64,000 nucleotides of DNA from Candidatus Cloacimonadota bacterium (GTDB lineage Bacteria > Cloacimonadota > Cloacimonadia > Cloacimonadales > Cloacimonadaceae). Under the pieces are notes generated by a model, which had not been told where the DNA came from, did not search any database, and saw nothing but the letters and a program-made list of their open reading frames with translations. Location of the stretch: the NCBI GenBank assembly GCA_023228125.1, contig JALOBT010000006.1, positions 7,005 through 71,004 of the forward strand, written 5' to 3'. Made by a program: the position numbers and the translations under genes. This document shows positions 27,308-37,444 of this stretch, one piece after another (position 1 is the first letter of the stretch; every line of letters starts with the position of its first letter).

Positions 27308-29293
27308 TCAAGGCTTTATTGCGCCAGATCCATAGCGACATACTCTATATAAGAATAGTGGATTGCCCAGGATATAGCGCTTCCACATGCGTTTGGGCTC
27401 TTGAATCAGGCGAAATATCCATTCCGCACCGATCTTGCGCATCCATAGGGGTGCTCGGGGAATTCTTCCCGAATAAAAATCAAAGAGTCCACCTACTCCT
27501 ATCTGAAGTGGAGCCTTGATTTCCGCTGAGTAACGGCTAATAAATTTCTCCTGTCTGGGGGCACCAAAAGCCACCAGCAGTATGTCTGTCTTGGAATCAT
27601 TTATAGTTTCTATCACTTCATTGGCCTCGTTCTCCCAGTCAAAAAAACCGTTCTGGGTTCCACAAATACAGATATCTGGATATCGTAAAACCAGCTCATC
27701 TTTCATCTTTGCAGCCACACCAGGTGCTGCTCCCAAAAGGAAAATCCGGTAGCTCCCTGTTTGGGCCAATTCACATAAGTGCGGCAAGATATCAGTCCCG
27801 TTAATGTTTTCCAAAACGGGGGTTTTCAAGAGCCTCCCTGCGAGATTGATCCCAATCCCATCAGGGAAAAGCACTTTACTTTCCTTTAATATGGAATAGT
27901 ACTCTCTGTCAATGAAAATTTTATTGAGGCAATCTGCGTTGACGAAAAACAGCGGACTTTTTAGATTTGCCTTCAGTGCATCTTCCATCAGGATAAGAGC
28001 ATGGGCCATGCTGATACTCATTATTTTGATGCCAAAAATCTTGATGTAGTCGCTTTGAGTCTTTAGGTTTGAGCTGCCTTTTTGCAGAAGGGAAGACTGT
28101 GTTTTCATTTCTTGATCTTCCCTCAATTCTTCCAAGGGTCGCACCAAAGATTGCAGATATTGCTCATAGCTGTGCTGATTTTCCAAATACTGCCTTCCGG
28201 CCTGCCCCAGTTTGGCAGTCAGCTCTGGTTTATCGATCAGGTTTTGCAAGGCCTCAGCCAGCTTTTCAATGCTGCCGGCTCTTACCAAAAGCCCATTGAC
28301 GGTGTGTTTTAGCCACTGCGAGATGCCACCAACCTCAAAAGCGACTACTGCCTTGCCATGCGCGAATGCTTCCAAGCCCACCAGTCCGTAGGGCTCCTGC
28401 CAGCGCGAGGGCACCACCACGATGCTGGCCTGTCTGTATTCTACTGATGTATCGGCAGCCCAACCGGCAAATTCCACTTTCTGCGTGAGCTGCAATTCTT
28501 TGCTCAGGCTTTTCAGATAGTCCTCATCGTTTCCTCTACCCACAATCCGGCAGAGAAAGTCTGCTTTGAGCAGGCTCAAAGCGCTCAGGAGCAAGTCCAC
28601 CCCTTTTCCCCGGATCAATTGTCCCACATACAGAAGCACAGGCTTGCCGGTGTTTATGCTAATCTCATGCTCTGCCACTTCCTGATAGGGGACTAAGAGC
28701 CTGATGCTATCCTTCTGCCAGCCATTTTGGATCAGGTTTTGTCTCATATATTCAGACAAGACAAAGCTGATATCGCATTTCCTGGCCAAGTGTAGCAGAT
28801 GCCATCTACTGGCCAGGTTTATCGCTTTGATCTTGCCTGCTTGCTTTTGCATCAGGCCACTGCAGATAGAACAATATACAGGGTTGAAGGGGAGCTGGCA
28901 GTTTTTTCTCTTATAAGGGAAATACTTATGACTCCTGAGGCAGTAATAATCGTGATCATGCACCAGCAGGGCTGTTTTGAACGCAGCCTGAAAGTGTTTC
29001 AGCCAGCTTGGCTGCGTGCATTTGTGGATGAATACTATCGAGACGCCAAGCTGCTGGTAATAGTCTATTAGTGCTTCGATCTCAGAGACATCCGCCACCC
29101 GGATATCCGTAAAAGCCGAGTCAAAAGCTGGGTCTGCATAAAGAGTTTTTTCAAATAGGCCATAGACCTGCCAGCCCTGATGGCTCAGGTCTTGAGCCAG
29201 GCGCACCATCAATCTTTCCACTCCGCCCACAAAGCCCCTTACCTGATTCAGCATCAGGATTTTGGGATTGTCGGGAAATTGGGAACTATTCAT
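27308..29293 (-). CDS. bifunctional glycosyltransferase: N-terminal GT4 fused to C-terminal WecG/TagA/CpsF (GT26) domain
   Basis: 661 aa. GT4 region: EPYGLVGLEAFAHGKAVVAFEVGG. GT26 region: ILLVAFGAPRQEKFI and GVGGLFDFYSG. Confidence 0.8.
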   Translation of the reverse strand: MNSSQFPDNPKILMLNQVRGFVGGVERLMVRLAQDLSHQGWQVYGLFEKTLYADPAFDSAFTDIRVADVSEIEALIDYYQQLGVSIVFIHKCTQPSWLKHFQAAFKTALLVHDHDYYCLRSHKYFPYKRKNCQLPFNPVYCSICSGLMQKQAGKIKAINLASRWHLLHLARKCDISFVLSEYMRQNLIQNGWQKDSIRLLVPYQEVAEHEISINTGKPVLLYVGQLIRGKGVDLLLSALSLLKADFLCRIVGRGNDEDYLKSLSKELQLTQKVEFAGWAADTSVEYRQASIVVVPSRWQEPYGLVGLEAFAHGKAVVAFEVGGISQWLKHTVNGLLVRAGSIEKLAEALQNLIDKPELTAKLGQAGRQYLENQHSYEQYLQSLVRPLEELREDQEMKTQSSLLQKGSSNLKTQSDYIKIFGIKIMSISMAHALILMEDALKANLKSPLFFVNADCLNKIFIDREYYSILKESKVLFPDGIGINLAGRLLKTPVLENINGTDILPHLCELAQTGSYRIFLLGAAPGVAAKMKDELVLRYPDICICGTQNGFFDWENEANEVIETINDSKTDILLVAFGAPRQEKFISRYSAEIKAPLQIGVGGLFDFYSGRIPRAPLWMRKIGAEWIFRLIQEPKRMWKRYILGNPLFLYRVCRYGSGAIKP

Positions 29294-29295
29294 GC

Positions 29296-31641
29296 TCAGA
29301 TGCCCAGTAGTTTTTGATAGGTTTCTTGATAGAGATTGATCAGGTAATCGTAGGTATATTTGCGTTTTACCAATTCTTTGCCTTTGGCGGCCAGGGCGGG
29401 GAGATTCTCTCGATTCTTGTAGGCCAAAAGCATCTTATCGGCGCAGGATTGGAGGTCTTCGGAAACAAAGTTATATCCGTTTTCTGCTTCTATCACCAGA
29501 TTGGGGTCTACCACATCGCTTTGAAGCACAGGGGTATCGCTGATCCAGCTTTCTATCACCACTGCTCCGGAATTCATAAAGCGCACCGGAATGAGATGGA
29601 TATCTGCGTGCTTTAGCCAGGCTATTACTTCCTTGCGTTCCACTTGATCGGTAAAATGCACCCGCTCAGACACTCCGGCGGTGTTCATGATCTCTTTCAT
29701 CTTTTCCAAAAAGTCTGGTTCATAATCTGATCTACCCACGAAGACCAATTGGGCACCCTGCATCTGAGACGCTACCTTGGCGAAGGCCCCCAGGGCTATA
29801 TCCTGTCCTTTGATGTAGGACACTCTTCCCAAGCACAGGAAGACAAAAGGATTATGGTTCCAGGTGCGCATCAGAGGCGGTTTTCCCACTTCTATCTCAA
29901 ATTCAGAGCTCAAGACCGGAACTGGAGAGTATTCCACATTAAGGTTATATTTTTTCAGGAATTCAATTTCTTTGTTAGCAATGGCAAAGGCATAATCCAT
30001 CCTGGCCAGAATTATCTTTTGATACCATTTCAGAGGGGTCTTTTCCAGCAGATCAGGGTCTATCTTGCCCTGCTTTTGCAGATAAGCTGCATAATCAACG
30101 AAATCAAAGAAACACACTATATAAGGGATATTCATAATTTGGCTGGCCACAAAGGCGATAATGTTGTTGTAGTTAATGGCCGGAAAACACTGAATCACAT
30201 CATATTTGCCTATCAACAGATACCAGAGCAGAGTGGGGCAGAGGGTCTTGGTCTTCAGATTTGGGTATTCACCCTTGCGGTTGTAAAGATCATACAGTCT
30301 CCTTAGGCGAAATCCCGCTACCCGCTCCAAAGCAGGCATTTGTATGCGTTTCGGGCAAAACACGGTAACCTCATTTGCTTCCGCCAGTTTTCTGGCTTGA
30401 TAATAAATATTGGTTTCGGCTCCGCCTACTTCTGGATAGAATCTATTGCTTACTATGGCAAGCTTGAGTTTTTTGGGTTTTACTCCCTCGGCAGGCTCTT
30501 TCAGACTTTTGATAAAATGTCCTGAGAGGGTTTTGGCCGAGTATCCCGTCCGCGCTGCCTCATATAGATTTTCGCCCAAAGTAGTGCGTAGCTCTTTATC
30601 TTCCAGCAATTCCAAGATGGCGGCACCCAAGTCCTCAGCATTTTCCCGGATCATAATTTCTGTGGAACCAAAGGGAAATCCCTCCATGCCTACGCTGGTG
30701 GTGAGAACTGCCTTTTTCATCTGAGCCGCTTCCAGTATTCTGGTTCTGGTGCCGGAGGCTATTCTGATGGGCAGTACTACAAACTCCGCCCCAGCAATGA
30801 TTTCCTGCATATCATCCACCCGGCCGATTATCTTGAAACAGTCATCCTGATATCGATGAAGGTAATCCGAGGCATTTGCTCCCACAATGTGCATCTGCAC
30901 TCCCGCTTTGCGCAGCTCTGCAGAGATCTGAGGATAGATCTCGTCTGCCAGGAAGCACACGGCATCCTGATTGGCCATTGAATTCAGGGTGCCAAAAAAC
31001 AACACATAGGGCTGTTTGGGCTTGGGATAGCTTTTGGGCTCTTCCATGGGCATGAGGTTAGGATAGATTCTGGCATTTTCTATATCCAGATCATATTCTG
31101 CCACTGCCAGATCACGCTCAATCGGATTCGTAAAATAAAACCCAAAATCATGGCTGAAAGCCCTTTTCTCAAATCTCTTTAGCTTGAGCATTTCGATCAG
31201 GCTATAACGGTTTCTAAGATCATGATTTTGCTGCCAGCTTAGCTCTGCTATGCGAGAGAACAGCATATCCACATCTATTACCACTTTACACAGCGGCAGG
31301 GTCTCTACCAGCTCCTGGGCCAGGCGATAGGGGCTCAAAAACCTGAATACTACAATATCATATTGCTCTTGGGTGAGGATGGCTCTGAATTTTTCCAATT
31401 GACGAGGATGAAAGCGGTATATGGATGCGGATTCATGAGGCAGAGGCTTGATGCAGCCCAAAGTGTGTAGCTTGTTATAGGAATGGTGCTCTTCCACTTT
31501 TTGTGTACGATATTGGGGGCCTTTGATCAAAAGCAGATCTGCTACAAATTCTTCAGATAAGGATTTCCAAATTGCTTTGCTGCGGTTTTTGTCTCCACCT
31601 TGTAAACCCTCAAAGGGTACATCAATATATAGCAGTTTCAT
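29296..31641 (-). CDS. tandem double glycosyltransferase (two GT4/GT1-type modules)
   Basis: Taken from the ATG at 31641 (MKLLYIDVPFEG), which has a GAGG sequence upstream. The track ORF extends to 31716. Module 1 ends with ...GTRTRILEAAQMKKAVLTT. Module 2 begins KLAIVSNRFYPEVGGAETN. Confidence 0.75.
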   Translation of the reverse strand: MKLLYIDVPFEGLQGGDKNRSKAIWKSLSEEFVADLLLIKGPQYRTQKVEEHHSYNKLHTLGCIKPLPHESASIYRFHPRQLEKFRAILTQEQYDIVVFRFLSPYRLAQELVETLPLCKVVIDVDMLFSRIAELSWQQNHDLRNRYSLIEMLKLKRFEKRAFSHDFGFYFTNPIERDLAVAEYDLDIENARIYPNLMPMEEPKSYPKPKQPYVLFFGTLNSMANQDAVCFLADEIYPQISAELRKAGVQMHIVGANASDYLHRYQDDCFKIIGRVDDMQEIIAGAEFVVLPIRIASGTRTRILEAAQMKKAVLTTSVGMEGFPFGSTEIMIRENAEDLGAAILELLEDKELRTTLGENLYEAARTGYSAKTLSGHFIKSLKEPAEGVKPKKLKLAIVSNRFYPEVGGAETNIYYQARKLAEANEVTVFCPKRIQMPALERVAGFRLRRLYDLYNRKGEYPNLKTKTLCPTLLWYLLIGKYDVIQCFPAINYNNIIAFVASQIMNIPYIVCFFDFVDYAAYLQKQGKIDPDLLEKTPLKWYQKIILARMDYAFAIANKEIEFLKKYNLNVEYSPVPVLSSEFEIEVGKPPLMRTWNHNPFVFLCLGRVSYIKGQDIALGAFAKVASQMQGAQLVFVGRSDYEPDFLEKMKEIMNTAGVSERVHFTDQVERKEVIAWLKHADIHLIPVRFMNSGAVVIESWISDTPVLQSDVVDPNLVIEAENGYNFVSEDLQSCADKMLLAYKNRENLPALAAKGKELVKRKYTYDYLINLYQETYQKLLGI

Positions 31642-31880
31642 CTTATCAACCTCATGGCATTTCTCTTTTAATGTAAGAAAAATCCGCTTTGCAATTACTG
31701 TCAAGCTCAATTTCACTTTTTGTAGATAATCAAAGTGCTTGACTTTTTATTCTGAGCCCATTTGTTTGACACAAGATCAAAATATACGATATACAAGGCG
31801 TATAAAAACCTCAGCTTTTTACTTGAAGTATTGCTTGGTTTTTTTCTTGCGCCCATCCTTAAAAAACAGGAGAATGATAT

Positions 31881-32702
31881 ATGAAACAGCAGCTACTGCT
31901 AATAGTGCTCTGCCTTTGTGCCTTGGGCTCCCTCTGGGCTCAAACCGGTGAAGCTTACATCGGAACCAGGAAGGTTCAGGAAAAGGATTACTCTATCAAA
32001 CAACTGCATGGGCAAAATGTTCTTACCTTGGAGACTGTGACAACAGGCTTTTACGATAATAAGGGAAATATAGTGGAAGAGATCATCATGCAAGGCAATA
32101 TGACCTACAAAGGTAAGACTTTCATCAAAATCGATCAGGATCCCTGGTATAAAGAGACCTTGAATTACAATCATATGAACCTGCTCTCCTTGAGAAAGGT
32201 GGAGCTTGTGACCTCCGAAGATAAAGAAAAGATATATCTCGAATATGACAACAAGGGTAAACTGCTAAAGAAGATAGAGACCAAAATATTTACCCAGACT
32301 GGTGATGGCTGGGAATTTGTCTATAATCAAGTGGGCTATGTGCCCCAATATAGCCAGATTATCAAGGATTCCACGCATAAAATCATGGAGAATCGAGTCT
32401 TTAATTATTCTGATGATCACATCAAAAGTTATTACTATGCTTACAATAAAGATAGCCTATTGGAGAAAATGGTTGAGATATCAGCCACAGATACCTTGCT
32501 ATCCAAGAGCATATACGAATATGATGAAGCTGGCAACCTGCTCAAAGAAAGCCTCTATGATCAGGACGAACAGCTTGTGGAATTTACCGCGTATGCCTAT
32601 GATGAAAAGAATCGCCTTTTGCAAAGCTCATACACGGAGTATAGCCCCCGGTTTGGACGGACTCCCAATCTCAGACGGCAAAAAGACTATATTTACGACT
32701 AA
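31881..32702 (+). CDS. secreted protein with about five YD/RHS-like short repeats
   Basis: Signal peptide MKQQLLLIVLCLCALGSLWA. Recurrent x-Y-D-x-x-G-x-L-L units: FYDNKGNIV, EYDNKGKLL, AYNKDSLLE, EYDEAGNLL and AYDEKNRLL. Confidence 0.6.
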   Translation: MKQQLLLIVLCLCALGSLWAQTGEAYIGTRKVQEKDYSIKQLHGQNVLTLETVTTGFYDNKGNIVEEIIMQGNMTYKGKTFIKIDQDPWYKETLNYNHMNLLSLRKVELVTSEDKEKIYLEYDNKGKLLKKIETKIFTQTGDGWEFVYNQVGYVPQYSQIIKDSTHKIMENRVFNYSDDHIKSYYYAYNKDSLLEKMVEISATDTLLSKSIYEYDEAGNLLKESLYDQDEQLVEFTAYAYDEKNRLLQSSYTEYSPRFGRTPNLRRQKDYIYD

Positions 32703-32853
32703 TAGTAGAACTATTGGGTATATGTTTGCAGATAATTAACATCATAAAGCAGAAAGGCAAGCTGTGTAGCCAGAGAGCTTTATTGGTGCCTGCCGATAAA
32801 CAAAGAATACAAACAGGCAAACTGCCCAGTCTGCCCCTGAGCATCCGGCTTGA

Positions 32854-32921
32854 TTCTAACGAACTTTCGAGTCGAGATGACTCGGATATTCGAGTCATCT
32901 CGAGTTGAAGCTGTGTTAAAA
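32854..32921 (+). repeat. 68-nt intergenic repeat, copy B (contains a perfect 13-bp hairpin)
   Basis: TCGAGATGACTCG (32872-32884) and CGAGTCATCTCGA (32891-32903) are exact reverse complements separated by a 6-nt loop. Homologous to 9956..10023. Confidence 0.65.
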
Positions 32922-32961
32922 CCGAAATAGGTGGAAGAGCAGGATTCGGGATTAGAGATTA

Positions 32962-32989
32962 AAAGAGGTCTTCAGCTGAAGACCTCTTT
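32962..32989. terminator. bidirectional hairpin between convergent genes
   Basis: AAAGAGGTCTTCAG / CTGAAGACCTCTTT is a perfect 28-nt palindrome flanked by A and T runs. It lies between the ends of 31881..32702 (+) and 33013..33942 (-). Confidence 0.7.
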
Positions 32990-33012
32990 CGTATGATTCT
33001 ATTTGGCTTAGA

Positions 33013-33942
33013 CTATTGCTTTGGTAAGAATACCTCTGCCATCATACATCTGGCACTTCCACCGCCTAAGACTTCAATAGTATTGAGGTCGCTGCTGAGA
33101 ATATTGGAATGCTTCTCTATGGTTTTCACTTGGGCTGGGGTCAAGCTATCTCTGGCAGCTTTACTCATCACCAGGAAGGTTTTATTGTCTTTGCCCACTA
33201 CCTGCAACATATTGCCGGCAAACTGATGCATCTGCGCTTCGCTAATCTCAATGATCTCTTTTTTGTCTTCTTCTAAGTGACGGATGACATTCTTTCTCTC
33301 ACTTGTGTCATCGATGGTATCCAGGCAGATTACGCAAAAGGTATCTCCTAAGGCCATCATTACATTGGTGTGATAAATTACTGCCCGTTTGTCATTTACG
33401 CTTTGAAATGAGTTAAAGATCACGGGGGTATATTTGAAATCTTCGCAGAATTTGATTAAGAGCTTTTCGTCGGCTCTCACAGATAGTGAACAATAGGCTT
33501 TTCTGTGAACCCGATCCAGGATCAGACTGCCTGTTCCTTCCAGGAAAACATTATTGTTCTCTTCTTTGGTATAATCCACCCTATTCTTGATCTTAAAGCC
33601 TGATGATTCCACCAATTGCAAGACTTCTTCGTTGCGTTCTCTGCGTCTGTTTTCGGCAAACATAGGATACAAGGCGATGCTACCGCTTTGATGGAAACTC
33701 ACCCAGTTATTAGGAAAAATAGAATCTGGGGTATCGTGTTCCTTTTTATCCTGATACACCATTACCTCTACTCCGGCATCGCGCAGAACCCCAACAAAGG
33801 TATCAAATTCGGCTTGCGCCTTTTTATCTATTTGGGCTTGTTCAAGATCCAATTCTTTTTGGAATAGGTTATTGACTGAAGTTTGTTCGTTCATTCGAAA
33901 TGCAGCTGGACGTACCATTAAAATTGCATTAGTGATTTGCAT
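33013..33942 (-). CDS. amidinotransferase-superfamily hydrolase (arginine-deiminase-related, CtlX-like)
   Basis: Taken from the ATG at 33942 (MQITNAILMVRPAAFRMNEQT), which has an AGGAGC SD sequence. The C-terminal catalytic Cys motif is GGGSARCMMAEVF. Confidence 0.75.
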   Translation of the reverse strand: MQITNAILMVRPAAFRMNEQTSVNNLFQKELDLEQAQIDKKAQAEFDTFVGVLRDAGVEVMVYQDKKEHDTPDSIFPNNWVSFHQSGSIALYPMFAENRRRERNEEVLQLVESSGFKIKNRVDYTKEENNNVFLEGTGSLILDRVHRKAYCSLSVRADEKLLIKFCEDFKYTPVIFNSFQSVNDKRAVIYHTNVMMALGDTFCVICLDTIDDTSERKNVIRHLEEDKKEIIEISEAQMHQFAGNMLQVVGKDNKTFLVMSKAARDSLTPAQVKTIEKHSNILSSDLNTIEVLGGGSARCMMAEVFLPKQ

Positions 33943-34148
33943 GTTTAGCTCCTTTTTAGCTTTAGTATTATCTCTTGGAGCCATTATTTATATATTCAGA
34001 AATCCGGCAAGGATTTTCCTTGCCGGATTTACCAGCTTCGCTTTTCTTGCACTTGAAGAGTGAAAATCCTAAGGAATACAATAATATTGCAGGAAAATCG
34101 CTCTTGTAATGTATAATAAGAAAAGAAAATAACTTGAATAGAGGGAAT

Positions 34149-35393
34149 ATGAAACACTATCTGATACTCCTTATGCTGCTGCCGATAATGCTGGCAGCGC
34201 AGGTGTACACTCTTGACCAATTGATTGAACATGGTCTTGAGCATAGCTACCAGATTCAAAAAGAAGAGCTTAACAACGATTCTGGGCACAGTGCTTACCG
34301 CAGTGCGAAATGGAATCTGATGCCAGAAGCGAATCTTAACGCTGGCATTGCTCAGGATCTGGATCCTATTTCACCCCAAAGTGGGCTTACCAGCTCTGCC
34401 GGCTTTGAGCTTAGGAAAACAATCAGCCTGAACGATCCGGCTTACTTTAATTACCGCAGCTCCAAGCTGGATACAAAAAGCGCGGATTTGAAGCTACAGA
34501 TGGGCTATAGCAGCTATGCCTACAATGTTTTTCAGGCCTATATCAAAATACTTTCCGCCGCCACAAAAAAGAGCTCACTTGAAGAAAACCTGGCCATCCA
34601 AACCAGAGTCTGGGAACAAAGCCAGGTGATGCTGCGTTTGGGAAAGACCGTTCCTTTTGAGGTAAAGCAAAACGAGATTGCGGTGATGAATTCCCAGATT
34701 CTTCTGATCCAATTGGAGAACACCATCGAGAATGCCCGCATGCAGCTATTTGCCCTGGTACAGATGCAGGATGCTGGCTATCCTCTGGCCGAGCTGGAAG
34801 TGGATAGCGAAAAGGAGGTCCCCGCTTATAGCACTCAGAAGATGCAGGAACTCAAGATCTTGGAGAAAGAACTGGAGCGCAATGAGATCTTCATGACCCA
34901 AAACTTTTTGGAGAAATTCCCCAGAATCTCCCTCGGCTATGGCTTTTCACGCCGGGTAAGCGGAGCGGATTTTGATTTTGATACTTACAATACCGTGCAT
35001 AACCTGAGCCTGAATCTCTCCTATTCGCTGTGGAATGTCTTTACAAATGGTGAATCTGGCCTGCGCTATAAGATAAACAAACAAATGGCTCAGCTCAATT
35101 TTGACGACAAATCTGAACAAAGCAAGCGTGAGTATGACAGCATCATCAAAGAGCTGCAGTACCTGCTGCGTCTGGATGAGCTCTATACAGAACGGCTGCA
35201 ACAAGTTACAGAGCAAATCCGCATTGCTGAAGAACGCTATCGGCTGGGGATGATCCAGCTTTTGGAATTGGACAAAACCCGCACAAACTACATCGACGCC
35301 GATATCGAATACAATGCTAACCGCTATGAAATAATCACGAAACAGGAAGCTCTGAATTTCCTGCTCTCAGAACAAATATTAGGAAAATGGTAA
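34149..35393 (+). CDS. TolC-family outer-membrane efflux protein
   Basis: Signal peptide MKHYLILLMLLPIMLAAQ, followed by the TolC-type opening YTLDQLIEHGLEHSYQIQ and two repeated coiled halves. Confidence 0.8.
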   Translation: MKHYLILLMLLPIMLAAQVYTLDQLIEHGLEHSYQIQKEELNNDSGHSAYRSAKWNLMPEANLNAGIAQDLDPISPQSGLTSSAGFELRKTISLNDPAYFNYRSSKLDTKSADLKLQMGYSSYAYNVFQAYIKILSAATKKSSLEENLAIQTRVWEQSQVMLRLGKTVPFEVKQNEIAVMNSQILLIQLENTIENARMQLFALVQMQDAGYPLAELEVDSEKEVPAYSTQKMQELKILEKELERNEIFMTQNFLEKFPRISLGYGFSRRVSGADFDFDTYNTVHNLSLNLSYSLWNVFTNGESGLRYKINKQMAQLNFDDKSEQSKREYDSIIKELQYLLRLDELYTERLQQVTEQIRIAEERYRLGMIQLLELDKTRTNYIDADIEYNANRYEIITKQEALNFLLSEQILGKW

Positions 35394-35396
35394 ACC

Positions 35397-36689
35397 ATGA
35401 AAAGATACATCAAATACATCATTATAGTGGCTGTGCTTGTTATCGCAGTTATCGCGTTCAATAAATATAGAAAAGCCAAATCTGCCCCTGAATGGCGCGT
35501 GGACAGTCCCTCCAGCGGCTCGGTGCGCGAAGTAGTAACCGCTACAGGTTCCCTCAATCCTTATGTATTGGTAAATGTGGGCACCGAGGTAAGTGGAAAA
35601 ATCGAACGCCTTTACAAAGATTTCAACGACACGGTGAAAAAAGGCGAACTGCTGGCCAAGCTTGATACCGAAATTTTGATGACTTCTCTGGAGGCATCCC
35701 GCGGAGATCTGGCCAAAACAGTAACCTCCATGCAGGAAGCCAAGCTGGATTATGACCTGCTGAGTGAGCTCAATGAACAAGATATGAGCCCTGAATATGA
35801 GGTCACCAAAGCCAGATTCAAGTATCAAACTGCACAGCAAAACGTGGCCAATGCTCAGCTCAGCTTGCAACGCGCGGAAAAGAATCTTGCCAATGCCCAT
35901 ATCACCAGCCCCATCGATGGAGTAATAGTCTCCCGGGATGTGGATGAAGGGCAGACCGTGGCGGCCAGCCTGAATTCTCCCACGCTTTTTATTATTGCGA
36001 ACAACCTTGAAAGCATGCAGATTACTGCGAAAGTAGATGAGGCTGATATCGGCAAGATCAAGCTCGGTTTACCTGTGGAATTCAACGTGGATGCTTACCC
36101 CCGCGAAAGCTTCTCGGGCAAGGTGCAACAAATCAGGCTGAATCCCACCACCGAATCCAATGTGGTGACCTACAGCGTGATTATCGATGCTGCCAATCCC
36201 GAACGAAAACTTCTGCCAGGTATGACTACCAATGTGACCTTTATCATCAGAGCGAAACAGGATGTGCTCCGTTTGCCGGAAACTGCCACCAGATTCAGAC
36301 CCAGTAAGGAAACCTGGGAGCTTTTTGGCTTGAAATGGGATGATGAACTACTGAATGCCGGACGTACTGCCATGCAAGAGCTGATGGCAAAGCCTCCTGC
36401 GGCAAGCGATAAGCCTGCAACACAAGTGGGTGGCAAGCCCGGAATGGGCGGCCAAAGACCCCAAGGAGGACGCGGGATGGATGGTAATCCTGGCCTGCGC
36501 ATTGCAGTGGTATGGGTTTTAAAGGATAATGTTCCCAGCCCTGTGGCCGTGAGAACTGGCGTGTCTGACGGTGCCTTTGTGGAGCTCATAGACGGTATCC
36601 CCGAAGATGCGGTTTTGGTAACTGGTGTGATCTACAATGATCCCAAACAAGCTGCCACAAATTCCGGCATGCCCATGAGACGATTCTGA
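35397..36689 (+). CDS. macA: efflux periplasmic adaptor (HlyD/MacA-type membrane fusion protein)
   Basis: 430 aa with an N-terminal anchor, a lipoyl/barrel motif (VNVGTEVSGKIERLYKDFNDTVKKGELLAKLD), a coiled hairpin and ITSPIDGVIVSRDVDEGQTV. Confidence 0.8.
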   Translation: MKRYIKYIIIVAVLVIAVIAFNKYRKAKSAPEWRVDSPSSGSVREVVTATGSLNPYVLVNVGTEVSGKIERLYKDFNDTVKKGELLAKLDTEILMTSLEASRGDLAKTVTSMQEAKLDYDLLSELNEQDMSPEYEVTKARFKYQTAQQNVANAQLSLQRAEKNLANAHITSPIDGVIVSRDVDEGQTVAASLNSPTLFIIANNLESMQITAKVDEADIGKIKLGLPVEFNVDAYPRESFSGKVQQIRLNPTTESNVVTYSVIIDAANPERKLLPGMTTNVTFIIRAKQDVLRLPETATRFRPSKETWELFGLKWDDELLNAGRTAMQELMAKPPAASDKPATQVGGKPGMGGQRPQGGRGMDGNPGLRIAVVWVLKDNVPSPVAVRTGVSDGAFVELIDGIPEDAVLVTGVIYNDPKQAATNSGMPMRRF

Positions 36690-37444
36690 TGACCGATTAT
36701 CTGCTCGAAACCCAAGGTCTTACCAAAACCTACGTGATGGGGGATATTCAGGTGCATGCGCTGAGGCACGTGGATCTGAAGATAAAGCGTGGAAACTTCA
36801 TCGCCATCATGGGAGCCAGTGGCAGCGGAAAGACTACCTTCATGAATCTACTGGGCTGTCTGGACAAGCCTTCTGCCGGCAGCTATGTGTTGGATGGCGT
36901 CCCCGTGCACGAGATGAACGACGCCCAGCTTACTGCCATCCGCAATCAAAAGATAGGTTATGTCTTTCAAAACTTCTATCTTTTGTCTCGGACTACCGCT
37001 TTGGAGAATGCAGAATTGCCGCTTTTGTATTCCCGCAATTGCAATCTGCACCAGCGCCGCGAAAAAGCTATAAAGGCTCTGGAAACAGTAGGCATTGCGG
37101 ATAGGGCAAAACACTTTCCCAATCAGCTTTCGGGAGGGCAGCAACAGCGGGTGGCTATTGCCCGGGCCATCGTCAATGATCCCTCCTTCATCCTGGCCGA
37201 TGAACCTACCGGCAATCTCGATACCCGCACCAGCATAGAAGTGATGGCTGTGTTCCAGGAGCTTCATGCCCAGGGTAAGACCGTGGTTTTGGTGACTCAT
37301 GAGCATGATATTGCTCAATATGCTCACCGGCATATCACCTTCCGCGATGGCAGGATTATCTCAGACAAAGAAAATCCCAATCCCAAGATAGCCAAAAATG
37401 ATCTGCTTACTTTGCCCCGTTTGGACCATGAAGAGGAGGAATAA
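36689..37444 (+). CDS. macB: ABC transporter ATP-binding protein (MacB/LolD family)
   Basis: Walker [10 protein letters not shown], signature [14 protein letters not shown], Walker [12 protein letters not shown]. The start overlaps the upstream stop (TGATG). Confidence 0.9.
   Translation: MTDYLLETQGLTKTYVMGDIQVHALRHVDLKIKRGNFIAIMGASGSGKTTFMNLLGCLDKPSAGSYVLDGVPVHEMNDAQLTAIRNQKIGYVFQNFYLLSRTTALENAELPLLYSRNCNLHQRREKAIKALETVGIADRAKHFPNQLSGGQQQRVAIARAIVNDPSFILADEPTGNLDTRTSIEVMAVFQELHAQGKTVVLVTHEHDIAQYAHRHITFRDGRIISDKENPNPKIAKNDLLTLPRLDHEEEE

Noticed and set aside
35379-35900. 173-aa minus-strand ORF
   Set aside because: It is antisense to the macA-like adaptor gene and the 3' end of tolC, and is a shadow frame.
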